The position numbers were made by a program, and so were the translations under genes. 64,000 bases of DNA from an uncultured Acidobacteriota bacterium. Lineage in GTDB: Bacteria; Acidobacteriota; JAQAZP01. The stretch is from NCBI GenBank assembly GCA_963836075.1, contig CAWIIB010000009.1, forward strand, positions 864,001 to 928,000. The letters run 5' to 3'. A model generated the notes under the pieces. The model was not told the origin of the DNA. It was given only the letters and a program-made list of their open reading frames with translations, and ran no database searches. Of this stretch, positions 1 to 9,291 are shown piece after piece (positions within the stretch are counted from its first letter, which is position 1; the number at the start of each line of letters is the position of its first letter).

Positions 1-1
1 C

Positions 2-838
2 CGCCTGCTGCCGGGGGACAACGGCAGCGGGCGATTGCTGGCCGAAGCCCTGGGGCGCCGCGGAGTGGTGGTCCTGCGCTACGACAAGCGGGGCACCGGC
101 GACACCGAATTCAGCGGCGAGCTGAGCTGGGATGACTACCTGGCCGAGCAGCGGGCCGGCCTGGCTCTGCTGGCCTCCCGCGACTTCGTGGACCGGAGCA
201 ACATCTATCCTGCCGGGCACAGCGAGGGCGGCATCCATGCCGTCCGGCTGGCCGGGGAGCCGGGTACGCCGCTGGCCGGGCTGATCCTGCTGGCCACGCC
301 GGGCCGGACGATGATGGAGACGGTGATCGATCAGATCCGCGCCCAGATCCGTCTGGGAAACGCCACCCCGGAAAAGGAAGAGCAGCTGATCGACGGGCTG
401 CGCACGGTGCTCGAGCATTGCGCGGCGGGTGAGGAGATGGATCTCTCCCTGCTGGGCGGCGACCTGGGCCTCCTCTCGGTGGCCATGGCCTTCCAGCAGA
501 AGGCGGCCCAGGCCTTTATCAGGGAAATACTGGTCTTCGACCCGGCGGCGGCGCTGGCCGGAAGCGGCCTGCCTTCGCTGATCATCAACGGTGACCGGGA
601 TATGCAGGTGAAGCCGGACCCCGACGCCGACCTGCTGTTGGAGGCGGCTCTCCTGGCAGGGCTGCCGGTGGTCCGGAGGGACATTCCAGAGGCGGACCAC
701 GTGTTCAAGATTGAGCAGACCCCCCTCGAAGAGCTGGGCCCGCAACTGGCGGTCAACTACAACGCCGAGGACCGGGAACTCCACCCGCTGCTGGTGGAAA
801 CCATCGCCAGCTGGCTGCAGCAACGGCCGCGGTCTTGA
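2..838 (+). CDS. Alpha/beta hydrolase, 5'-truncated by the window edge
   Basis: Frame is open to the window start; RYDKRGTG, nucleophile elbow GHSEG, GDRDMQV and ADHVF give a Ser-Asp-His set. Confidence 0.85.
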   Translation, partial: RLLPGDNGSGRLLAEALGRRGVVVLRYDKRGTGDTEFSGELSWDDYLAEQRAGLALLASRDFVDRSNIYPAGHSEGGIHAVRLAGEPGTPLAGLILLATPGRTMMETVIDQIRAQIRLGNATPEKEEQLIDGLRTVLEHCAAGEEMDLSLLGGDLGLLSVAMAFQQKAAQAFIREILVFDPAAALAGSGLPSLIINGDRDMQVKPDPDADLLLEAALLAGLPVVRRDIPEADHVFKIEQTPLEELGPQLAVNYNAEDRELHPLLVETIASWLQQRPRS

Positions 839-941
839 CCTCTCGCCGGCAAAGGACTATTTTCTCGTTCAACAATACTCGCAAGTCCAGTCCGGGCGTG
901 ACCCCGTCCCGACGTCAGGATTTGGAAAGGAGAAGCGGCTG

Positions 942-1796
942 ATGCGCATCGCCATGGTCTGCCCACTGGACCGGGCCGTCTCGCCGACGGCGGAGGGGAA
1001 CCCGTATCACGCCATCGGCGAGCTGGCGGCGGCGTTGGTGACCGACGGTCATCAGGTGACCCTCTATGCCGCCGAGGGCTCCAGCGGAGGCAGTGAACTG
1101 GTGGTCTGTTCCGGACCGCAGGACAAGGACCTGGAGCTGGCGCCCAGGGTGAGGCAGGCCTTTCAACTGGCCAGTGTGCTGGGGGCCGTGGGAAAGTTCG
1201 ACCTGGTTCACAACCATATCGGCCTGGCGGCCGCGGCCCTGTTCTCCCGGTCCGACCTGCCGTTGCTCACAACCATCCACCGCCCCTGCTCCCCCGAGGA
1301 GGAACCAACCTGGCGCAGCCTGGGAGAAGACGCCTGCTTCACCGAAGGCTACCCCGGCGCCGCGCCGGCCGGCCTGCCGCTGATCGGCACGATTTCTTCG
1401 GGCCCTGAACTGGCCGAATCCTGTCTCGCCGTCTACCGCCAGGTCCTCGGCCGCCGGGAAAACTACCGGCCGTGGGGTCACTACGTCGTGCTGGAGGATC
1501 ATCCCGAGCACAAGGTCAAGCGCATCGTGGTCGATCCCGGCCAGCGGCTGAGCCTGCAACTGCACCACCGGCGCACCGAGCACTGGTTGATGATCGAGGG
1601 TGAAGGGCTGGTGACCCTCAATGACGACGAGTTCCTGGTCCGGGCCGGTGAGGCCGTCGACATCCCCCGGGAGGCCCGGCACCGGGTACGCAACCCCGGT
1701 GACATTCCCTGCGTATTTATAGAAGTGCAGACGGGCGACTACTTCGGTGAAGACGACATCGTCCGCTTCGAAGACGATTACGGACGGAGCTGCTGA
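942..1796 (+). CDS. Fusion of a GT4 glycosyltransferase N-terminal domain and a type II mannose-6-phosphate isomerase cupin
   Basis: ATG at 942 after AAGGAG. MRIAMVCP...GHQVTLYA...FDLVHNH...LTTIH is GT4 N-domain-like; RPWG...LSLQLHHRRTEHW...EVQTGDYFGEDDIVRFEDDYGR is the PMI cupin. Confidence 0.8.
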   Translation: MRIAMVCPLDRAVSPTAEGNPYHAIGELAAALVTDGHQVTLYAAEGSSGGSELVVCSGPQDKDLELAPRVRQAFQLASVLGAVGKFDLVHNHIGLAAAALFSRSDLPLLTTIHRPCSPEEEPTWRSLGEDACFTEGYPGAAPAGLPLIGTISSGPELAESCLAVYRQVLGRRENYRPWGHYVVLEDHPEHKVKRIVVDPGQRLSLQLHHRRTEHWLMIEGEGLVTLNDDEFLVRAGEAVDIPREARHRVRNPGDIPCVFIEVQTGDYFGEDDIVRFEDDYGRSC

Positions 1797-1820
1797 GCAG
1801 ACCCGCCTGGAGAACGATCC

Positions 1821-2921
1821 ATGTCCGACACCTTTGACCCGCAAAAAGACCTGGTGGCGGTGATCATGGCCGGGGGCTCGGGCACCCGCTTCTGGCCGCT
1901 GAGCCTGCCGTCGAAGCCCAAGCAGTTCCTCACCCTCTTCGGTGACCGGACCATGCTCCAGCTCACCGTGGACCGGCTCTCCGGCATGGTGCCGCCGGAG
2001 CGCACCCTGGTGCTGACCAACGGCCGTCACGCCGGCCTGGTCCGCCAGCAGCTGCCGCAGATCCCGGCGGCCAACGTCATCGGCGAGCCGGTGGCCCGGG
2101 ACACCGCGGCGGCGGTGGCTCTGGCGGCCGTGCTCTGCGAGGCCCGCTTCGGCGACCCGGTGATGGCCGTGCTCACCGCCGACCATCTGATCCAGCCGGT
2201 GGAACTCTTCCAGAAAACCGTCCTCTCCGCCGCCCGGGCGGCTGCGGAGAGCGGTGCGCTCTACACCTTCGGCATCACCCCGGCATATCCGGCCACCGGA
2301 TACGGCTACCTCGAAGCCGGCGACCCGCTGAAAACCGATGACGACATCGAGCACTTCCGGCTGGCCAAGTTCCGCGAGAAACCCGACCTGCAGACCGCCC
2401 GGGACTTTGTCGCCTCCGGCCGCCACAGCTGGAACAGCGGGATGTTCACCTGGCGCACTTCGGCCATCGGCACCGCCATCCGCACCTTCCTGCCCGGCCA
2501 CGCCCGGCGGCTGGACCCGCTGAAGGCCTCGGACGGCAGCGCCGCCTGGGTCACCGACCTGCAGACCGCCTTCGAGCCGCTGGACAAGATCTCCATCGAT
2601 TTCGGGGTGATGGAGAAGGCCGATGACGTGCGCATGGTGCGGGCGGCCTTCCAGTGGAGCGACGTGGGCGGCTGGCTGGCCCTGGAGCAGTTCCACCAGC
2701 CGGACGGTGCGGGCAACCGCGGCGCCGGCCGCATCCGTGGTCTCGACGCGGAGACCAACGCCGTCTTCTGTGAGGACCCGGAAGAGATGGTGGCCCTGGT
2801 GGGGGTCAGCGACCTGGTGGTGGTCCGCTCCGGCAAACGCACCCTGGTAACCCACCGCTCGGCCACCGAGAAGGTGAAGAAGCTGGTGGAGCGGATGCAG
2901 GACGAGGGGGAGCTGGAGTAG
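1821..2921 (+). CDS. manC: Mannose-1-phosphate guanylyltransferase
   Basis: VIMAGGSGTRFWPLS..PKQFL, TGYGY, FREKP, WNSGMF, SIDFGVMEK, WSDVGGW. Confidence 0.92.
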   Translation: MSDTFDPQKDLVAVIMAGGSGTRFWPLSLPSKPKQFLTLFGDRTMLQLTVDRLSGMVPPERTLVLTNGRHAGLVRQQLPQIPAANVIGEPVARDTAAAVALAAVLCEARFGDPVMAVLTADHLIQPVELFQKTVLSAARAAAESGALYTFGITPAYPATGYGYLEAGDPLKTDDDIEHFRLAKFREKPDLQTARDFVASGRHSWNSGMFTWRTSAIGTAIRTFLPGHARRLDPLKASDGSAAWVTDLQTAFEPLDKISIDFGVMEKADDVRMVRAAFQWSDVGGWLALEQFHQPDGAGNRGAGRIRGLDAETNAVFCEDPEEMVALVGVSDLVVVRSGKRTLVTHRSATEKVKKLVERMQDEGELE

Positions 2922-3075
2922 GGAACCCGCCGCCGTTTTCGTTGAGGCAGGCGGAAAGCCCCGGGTTGCAGGCCGACGGCCAGCTGTGGACCAACGTGCC
3001 GTCAAGATCGACCAGCAGGGTGGTGGAGTCCATCGGCGCCACCAGGGTTTAGCCCTCGAACTGTCGTCATCCAGC

Positions 3076-3921
3076 TCACAGACTGAAGATCAGCACCGCC
3101 AGACCGGCCAGCAGGCAGTACGGCGCAAAGAGATACAGCTTGCCCCGATCCACAATCCTCATCAGGATCCCCAGGGAGAGAAACCCCACCGCAAAGGAAA
3201 CCACTGTGCCGATGACCATCATCCAGGGGTCGAAGTCGGCCATCCCGTCCAGCAACAGGTGAAGTGCCGCGGCACCGGCAATGGCGGGGATGGAGAGAAG
3301 AAAGGAATAGCTGCCGGCCGTCTTGCGGTTCAGCCCGAAGAGCAGCCCGGCGGCAATGGTGGAGCCGGAGCGGGAGATGCCGGGGATGATGGCCAGCCCC
3401 TGGACCACGCCGATGACCAGGGCGATTCCCAGGGTAAAGCCGCTCATCCCCTGCCCTTTCTCCTCCGCCCCCCGGGTCAGCCAGAGCAGCACTCCGGTGG
3501 CCACCAGTATCAGGCCGGTGACCATCAGCATTCCGCCCACCAGGGAGAGCGAGGAGAAGAGCTTGTCCGACCAGGTCTGGAGCAGGATGCCGATGATCGC
3601 GGTGGGAATCGACCCGACGATCAGAAGCATGGCCAGCCGGAAACCGGGATCCTCTTCAAAGAGCCTGGATAAGGACGCCTTCCGCTCGATCACTCTCCGG
3701 AATCCCGACACTGCCGCCGTGTTCACCTCGAGAATCTCCCGCCGGAAGAAAATGACCACCGCGGCCAGGGTTCCCAGGTGAACGCTGATATCAAAAGAGA
3801 TCCCCGGCTCCACCAGCCCGAACAGACGCTGGAAGATAACCAGGTGCCCCGAACTGCTGATGGGCAGAAACTCGGTGAGACCCTGGATCACGCCGAGGAT
3901 GAACGCCTGAATCGAAGTCAT
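3076..3921 (-). CDS. uppP: Undecaprenyl-diphosphate phosphatase
   Basis: QGLTEFLPISSSGHL and PGISRSG motifs; multiple TM helices. Confidence 0.95.
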   Translation of the reverse strand: MTSIQAFILGVIQGLTEFLPISSSGHLVIFQRLFGLVEPGISFDISVHLGTLAAVVIFFRREILEVNTAAVSGFRRVIERKASLSRLFEEDPGFRLAMLLIVGSIPTAIIGILLQTWSDKLFSSLSLVGGMLMVTGLILVATGVLLWLTRGAEEKGQGMSGFTLGIALVIGVVQGLAIIPGISRSGSTIAAGLLFGLNRKTAGSYSFLLSIPAIAGAAALHLLLDGMADFDPWMMVIGTVVSFAVGFLSLGILMRIVDRGKLYLFAPYCLLAGLAVLIFSL

Positions 3922-4118
3922 GTTTTCCTGCCCTCCCCAGCCTGCAGGTAAATAATCAGGCCACCATTGTAACCAATCGGCCCCGCAATCATCTAATAAG
4001 GTGAAGGGGAGGGGACAGCCGAGCGGCAGGACCCGGCCTCTAATGAACAGCGATATTTAATTGACCAATGTTCCCCAACGTGCGGCCGGGCAGTACAGAC
4101 CGCCGGCAGGGGAATGGC

Positions 4119-4166
4119 AGCCCCCGTTTCGGTCCCGGAGGAGAGATCGAAACAGGGGCTTTTTTT
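4119..4166 (+). terminator. Rho-independent terminator-like hairpin in the uppP / ferritin-like intergenic region
   Basis: AGCCCCCGTTTCGGTC...GATCGAAACAGGGGCT stem followed by a T tract. Confidence 0.6.
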
Positions 4167-4277
4167 CGGTCTCACGAGATACCCCCACCGGGGCCTTGTG
4201 CCGGAAGATCGGAAAATATTATATACTGGACGCCAGTGGAGGGCTCCCTCCCCACCCGGACCTGAAGGAGATACAGG

Positions 4278-4937
4278 ATGAAAGGGGTGATCTGCAAGCG
4301 GCACGTGCTGGCCCACCCGGTGACCACCATTCAGAGCTTTGGCTGGACAGTCTTCTTCCGCACCCTCGCCGCCGGGCCGGACCGCACCTTCCTCTCCATC
4401 GTCGCCCCGACCCTGCACCGCACGCCGGTCCCCGCCAATGTAACCTCCTTCATCGAGCAGTGCGTCGCCCTGGAAGTCCGGGCCGGCGAGGTCTATCGCC
4501 GGCTGGGCCGGCAGTTCGAAGCGTCACCCCCGCTGGCCCGCTTCTTCGATTCCCTGGCCCGGCAGGAGCAGGGACACGCCGAGCTGCTGGAACTCTGCCG
4601 CGGGCTGGCCGGTGAGTCGGAGTGGCGGGAGGAGGAGGTCTCGCAGTGGCGCGACAAGGTGCCGGTGCTGGAGAAGCGGATGGCGGAGATCGAGAAGAAC
4701 CTGGTGAACATGGTGGACACCACCGATGTCCTGCACCTGGTGATCGAGATCGAGGGGTCAGAGATCAACCAGATGTTCCGCGGGGTGGTGGCGGCCACCA
4801 ACTGCGAGTTCGTCCAGACGTTCAAAGCCTTCCAGAACGCCGAAAGGGAACACCTCAACTACATCTGCAGGGAAATCCCCCTCCTGGAGGCCGAACTGGC
4901 CGACGCCTGCAGCGCACTGAACACCCAATATCACTGA
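4278..4937 (+). CDS. Ferritin/rubrerythrin-like four-helix bundle protein
   Basis: AAGGAG RBS; LEVRAGEVY...LARQEQGH and IEIE...AEREH give two E/ExxH helix pairs. Confidence 0.6.
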   Translation: MKGVICKRHVLAHPVTTIQSFGWTVFFRTLAAGPDRTFLSIVAPTLHRTPVPANVTSFIEQCVALEVRAGEVYRRLGRQFEASPPLARFFDSLARQEQGHAELLELCRGLAGESEWREEEVSQWRDKVPVLEKRMAEIEKNLVNMVDTTDVLHLVIEIEGSEINQMFRGVVAATNCEFVQTFKAFQNAEREHLNYICREIPLLEAELADACSALNTQYH

Positions 4938-4970
4938 CAGGAAAATCGGGGACAGTCACCAGTTTCCTGA

Positions 4971-6509
4971 TCAGCTGGCCCCGGGGCAATCCCCCCCGCC
5001 CTCGGGCAGCGGCGTCTCCGAGAGCCGGACTGCCGCCGGCACGCGGTAGGTCTCCAGGACCTCCGCCGTGGCCTGGTCCAGAGTGGCCGCATCGAGCACC
5101 ACCAGGTCGCGGCCGGAATCGGGCGCCAGGCGGATCAGGTGAAACCCGTTCTGCGGGTTGGCCAGGCCCTGCACCACGTCCCGGATGTCGCTCACCGGCC
5201 GGCCGTTGACCTCCTCCACCACTGCCTCCCGCAGATCCTGGTACCCGACGTTGTACTCTGTGGGCAGCACCGAGGTGATCAGCACGTACCGCCGGCGCTC
5301 CTTCGACTGGCCGTTGCGGTTCAGGTTGTAGCGGGTGGTCAGGGAGAGCGGCGCGTTCTCGTTCCAGTCCTTGCCCCAGGTGCCGAGATAGGGCAGTTCC
5401 AGCTCCCGGATCACCAGGCCTCCGACCACCATGTAGGACGGCGGACCGTTCCGGCGGGCGGGGATCAGGTCGAGGGCCGCCGGGTAGGTCCGCAAGGTCA
5501 CCGACAGCGTCAGTTCCTCGCCCCCCCGCAGCACCCGCGCATCCACCGTATCGCCGGGCCGGTATTGTTCCACCAGCAGGTGGCTGAACTTCAGTTGACC
5601 CAGCTGCGGGTGGCGGTAGTAGCCTTCCGCGTCGATGGCGTGGCCGCCCAGCTCCAGCAGGATATCCCGCGGCTCCAGCACGCCGCAGGCCGACGCGCCC
5701 CAGGGGACCTGGCGGATCAGCACTCCGCGCGGCTCACCCTGCTGGCCCAGAAAGCGGGCCATGGCCCGGTCCTCGTTGACCTGCCAGCTGATGCCCAGCG
5801 AAGGGAAGCCCACCAGCGGCCCCTCCGCCCGGGCCCGGAGGAGAAAGGCATTGATCACCTCCGCCGGGATGGCCCGGCTGCGCTGCTCCTTCTGGGAGAC
5901 CGTGAGACCCACCAGGGCCCCGTTGGCAAAGACCGGCTCGCCCCAGCCGCCGCTGCCGATATCGGTACGCATGTGCAGAAAGGCGTGGTTCAGCCGGCCG
6001 CCCCAGCTGCGCTCCACCCGGAACCCGCTGACCCGGGAGGCGGCCGCTTCCAGCTGCTGGCCGTTCCAGCGCACGGTGCGCAGAACCCCCGCGGTGGGTG
6101 TGCTTTCGGCCACGGGAACCGGCTGCAGGTCCTCCAGCACCTCCGGGTCATCGATCACCAGCAGCGCCAGGTTGACGTCCGGATCGACCCGCACCACCCG
6201 GGGCTCCACGGGCCGGGTCCGCCCGAAGGTCGCCAGCCGGATAAAGGCCGCCTGGTCCACCATCTGGGCCGTGGTCAGCAGGTGCGTGCCGTCCACCAGC
6301 ACCGCCGCGGCGTTGCGGTGTTGGGGGATCCGCTTGGCCCACGGCCGGTCCTCGTCCCACCCCTGGTAGGTCACCTCGAGGCCCACAACGTTCATCTCGT
6401 GCTGCTCGGCCGCGTCCGCGGCATCATCCCCGCTGTCTGCGGTCACCGGGATGGCCAGAGCCAGCAGGAGGACGATCCACACCATTGCCAGGTTTCCTGT
6501 TCTGCTCAT
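4971..6509 (-). CDS. Secreted Deg/HtrA-like PDZ protein with a degenerate catalytic triad (pseudoprotease)
   Basis: Signal peptide; aligns by eye with the neighbouring protease but has TTAQMV, VNLALL and GGWGEP at the His/Asp/Ser positions; two PDZ-like regions. Confidence 0.75.
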   Translation of the reverse strand: MSRTGNLAMVWIVLLLALAIPVTADSGDDAADAAEQHEMNVVGLEVTYQGWDEDRPWAKRIPQHRNAAAVLVDGTHLLTTAQMVDQAAFIRLATFGRTRPVEPRVVRVDPDVNLALLVIDDPEVLEDLQPVPVAESTPTAGVLRTVRWNGQQLEAAASRVSGFRVERSWGGRLNHAFLHMRTDIGSGGWGEPVFANGALVGLTVSQKEQRSRAIPAEVINAFLLRARAEGPLVGFPSLGISWQVNEDRAMARFLGQQGEPRGVLIRQVPWGASACGVLEPRDILLELGGHAIDAEGYYRHPQLGQLKFSHLLVEQYRPGDTVDARVLRGGEELTLSVTLRTYPAALDLIPARRNGPPSYMVVGGLVIRELELPYLGTWGKDWNENAPLSLTTRYNLNRNGQSKERRRYVLITSVLPTEYNVGYQDLREAVVEEVNGRPVSDIRDVVQGLANPQNGFHLIRLAPDSGRDLVVLDAATLDQATAEVLETYRVPAAVRLSETPLPEGGGDCPGAS

Positions 6510-7978
6510 AGGTTGCGGTCCTCCCCGATGCCATAGCGCTCCAGGATCTCGGTGTGGGCTTCCTCGGCCTCGCGCCGGTCAAGCACGCTGAACCGGCCGC
6601 GGTGGGAGAACTCGATCAGGTGGTAGTCCCCCTCGTGGCTCTCCAGGCTCTCCACCAGGTCGTCCAGGCTGGTGACCTCCCGCCCGTTGATCCGTTTCAC
6701 GACGACGTTGCGAAACCAGGCCATGTCGGCGTTCACCGGATGGTCCAGCCGGCGCAGCAGGACCACCCGCTCCTGCATCATGGCCCCCGGCTCGTGGAGC
6801 GGCCGGAGGAAGAACTCCTGCATCAGGTTCTTGTCCGCCCGGGCAAACCACTCCACCCCGAAGGTCTTGAGCATCTCCCGGTCCAGCGGCACGAAGACCA
6901 GGCCGCCGTAGACGTAATACCGCGGGAACTGGTCGTAGAGGTTGCCCCGGGTGTCCCCGGTGGGGAAGGCCAGCAGCGTCACATCGATATCGAAGCGTTC
7001 CCCGTCCCGCAACAGGCGCAGGGGGAGAATCTCGCCGATCTGTTTCTGGTCGGCCAGCATGCCGAAGGAGACCCGCGAGTCGCCGTCGGGCACCGAACCG
7101 TCATTGGCCACCGGCCGGCCGTCCACCGCCAGGATCACGTCTCCTTCCCTGAGGTAGCCCTCGGCGCTGGAACCGGAGTGGATGTGGTTGACCCGCACCC
7201 CGGTCTCGTCTTCGCCCATGCCGGCCCAGGCCCGGATGGCCGGGTTCTCCATCCCGGAGGTGTCCGCGCCCAGCTCGGGGTAGCCGTCGTAACGGCCGTC
7301 GCCCACGTCGCGGAGGAAACGGTTGATCACGCCGGTGGGGATGAAGTAGCCCACGTTCTCCTGCCGCAGGTCGGCCTGGAAAGCCACGCCCACCACTTGC
7401 CCGTCCTGGACCACCGGCCCGCCGCTGTTGCCGGGATTGATCGCCGCGTCGGTCTGCACCGAGATGTGCAGGTCGACGCCGGAGTGGATGTAGAGCGTCT
7501 CGTCGATTCGTGAGACCACTCCGCGGGTGGACGAGATCTGGGTGCCCCCCGCCGGGTAGCCGAGGGTGTCAACCACACTGCCCAGGGTGGGCAGTTCACC
7601 GATTTTCAGCGGCGTCACATCGCTCAGCACCCCGGGGTCGGCGGGTCGGACCAGAGCCAGATCGCAATCGTGGCCCACGTGGACCACCTCGGCCACATAC
7701 GGCTCGGGGTCGTTGTGAATGAAGATCACCAGCAGCCGTGAGTCGCTGACCACATGGGCATTGGTCATAATCAGGCCGCCGTCGATGACAAAACCCGAGC
7801 CGGACCCCTGGGCCACGTCGGTCACGTCCCAGGGGGAATACCAGTTGCCGCGCTGGGAGAAGTTGACCACGCGCACCACCGATCCCTCGAGGCCTTGCGG
7901 CCCGGCCAGGGCGGGGGGCGCTGCCGCCGGCACGAAAACCAGCAGGGCGATGAAGAGCAGAAGAAAGTGTTTCGACAC
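6506..7978 (-). CDS. Secreted Deg/HtrA-family serine protease with two PDZ-like domains
   Basis: GSGSGF, TNAHVV, CDLAL, DAAINPGNSGGP; signal peptide. Confidence 0.92.
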   Translation of the reverse strand: MSKHFLLLFIALLVFVPAAAPPALAGPQGLEGSVVRVVNFSQRGNWYSPWDVTDVAQGSGSGFVIDGGLIMTNAHVVSDSRLLVIFIHNDPEPYVAEVVHVGHDCDLALVRPADPGVLSDVTPLKIGELPTLGSVVDTLGYPAGGTQISSTRGVVSRIDETLYIHSGVDLHISVQTDAAINPGNSGGPVVQDGQVVGVAFQADLRQENVGYFIPTGVINRFLRDVGDGRYDGYPELGADTSGMENPAIRAWAGMGEDETGVRVNHIHSGSSAEGYLREGDVILAVDGRPVANDGSVPDGDSRVSFGMLADQKQIGEILPLRLLRDGERFDIDVTLLAFPTGDTRGNLYDQFPRYYVYGGLVFVPLDREMLKTFGVEWFARADKNLMQEFFLRPLHEPGAMMQERVVLLRRLDHPVNADMAWFRNVVVKRINGREVTSLDDLVESLESHEGDYHLIEFSHRGRFSVLDRREAEEAHTEILERYGIGEDRNL

Positions 7979-8078
7979 GTATACCTCCGGGAAAGGGCCA
8001 AACCGGCCACGAATTCAGTTCTCAATTAACAATACCAGATACGGGCGCTCGCGTTCAGGTATCTGGTAAAAAAATCAA

Positions 8079-8119
8079 TTGACTCTACACATAATAAGGT
8101 ATTACCTTATTATGTGTAG
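8079..8119 (+). promoter_or_regulatory. Promoter with perfect palindromic operator of the antitoxin-PIN operon
   Basis: TTGACT at 8079-8084, then CTACACATAATAAGGTA-T-TACCTTATTATGTGTAG (8085-8119, 17-bp arms). Confidence 0.75.
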
Positions 8120-8130
8120 GAGGCACCGAG

Positions 8131-8361
8131 ATGAAGAACCTGACCCTCGCCATCGACGAGGATCTGCTGATGACCGCACGAAAACTGGCCCTCGACCGGA
8201 ACACCTCGGTCAACCAGTTGATCCGGGATCATCTGAAGAACCTGGTGGAGGAAGACCGGAAGCGTCGGGACGCTCTGGATCGCCTCAAATCACGCATGGC
8301 CCGCGGGATTCTCGAGGTTGGAGACAAACGCTGGACAAGGGATGAACTCCATGAGCGATGA
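8131..8361 (+). CDS. Antitoxin, ribbon-helix-helix / DUF6364-like
   Basis: MKNLTLAIDEDLL..AR..A....TSVNQLIR...WTRDELHER; overlaps the PIN gene. Confidence 0.8.
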   Translation: MKNLTLAIDEDLLMTARKLALDRNTSVNQLIRDHLKNLVEEDRKRRDALDRLKSRMARGILEVGDKRWTRDELHER

Positions 8362-8776
8362 CCGGCCTGCCTTCGTGGACACCAACATCCTCGTCTACGC
8401 CCTCGACCGCTCGGAGAACCGCCGCCGTCGCCTGGCCGCGCAGCTGATCGAACAGCTCGCTGCGGGTAACCGGCTCCGCCTGAGCACCCAGGTGCTCCAG
8501 GAGTTCTTCGTCACGGTGACGAAGAAGATTCGCCGGCCCATCCCGGCGGTCAAGGCCCTGGAAGTGATGGACGACTTCGCCGTCTGGCCGGTCTTCCTCA
8601 TCGACTACGAAGCGATTCGGGAAGCGGGGGCAATCTGTCGTAGACTGAAGCTCTCCTACTGGGACACACTGATCCTCGTCGCCGCAAGGCGTTCGAACGC
8701 TGAAATCATCTATACGGAGGATCTCAACCACGGCCAGACGATCCACGGCGTGCGGATCCTCAACCCTTTCTTCTAG
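8351..8776 (+). CDS. vapC: PIN-domain (VapC-like) toxin
   Basis: FVDTNILVYA, STQVLQEF, LSYWDTLI, YTEDL. Confidence 0.88.
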   Translation: MSDDRPAFVDTNILVYALDRSENRRRRLAAQLIEQLAAGNRLRLSTQVLQEFFVTVTKKIRRPIPAVKALEVMDDFAVWPVFLIDYEAIREAGAICRRLKLSYWDTLILVAARRSNAEIIYTEDLNHGQTIHGVRILNPFF

Positions 8777-8962
8777 CCATCCATTGCCGATGAACCAATG
8801 CGCTTGCCGGTTGTCAACCGCTGGTTCCGTAATTGCCGCAGGCGTTACACCGCAGCGCAGGTGAGCGGCATCAAGCTCCATTTTTGGCACCTGTTCCGGC
8901 CGGTATGGATATTGCGATACCCGGTTTGTTGATCGGCTGCGAAACAGGAACTCGACTTCAAC

Positions 8963-8991
8963 TTGACATGCGTCACGTGACGCGTTACATT
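8963..8991 (+). promoter_or_regulatory. higBA promoter with operator palindrome, probably leaderless
   Basis: TTGACA (8963)-17 nt-TACATT (8986); GCGTCACGTGACGC palindrome in the spacer; ATG at 8997. Confidence 0.75.
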
Positions 8992-8996
8992 GATCC

Positions 8997-9278
8997 ATGA
9001 TCAAGACGTTTGCGGACAAGCGAACACGGGAGCTTTACCTGGCCGGCAAGGCGAAACGGTTCCCTGCTGATGTGGCGCCCCGGGCCGCGCGCAAACTCGA
9101 GTATGTGGACCTTGCCACAAGCATCGATGACCTCAAGGTGCCACCAGGAAATCGATTGCACCGGCTGGACGGCGATCGCAAGGGTCAATACTCAATCTCG
9201 GTCAACGAGCAATGGCGCATCTGTTTCCGGTTCGTTGACGGAGACGCCTACGACGTCGAAGTCTGTGACTATCATTGA
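8997..9278 (+). CDS. higB: HigB (RelE/ParE superfamily) toxin
   Basis: MIKTFADK...DLKVPPGNRLHRL.GDRKGQYSISVNEQWRICFRF...DYH. Confidence 0.92.
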   Translation: MIKTFADKRTRELYLAGKAKRFPADVAPRAARKLEYVDLATSIDDLKVPPGNRLHRLDGDRKGQYSISVNEQWRICFRFVDGDAYDVEVCDYH

Positions 9279-9291
9279 GACGGGGTGTGAG

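Noticed and set aside
4945-4966. GGGGACAGTCACC REP-like half site (similar impression at ~26385-26405)
   Set aside because: No partner arm or second copy in the window; too weak to call.
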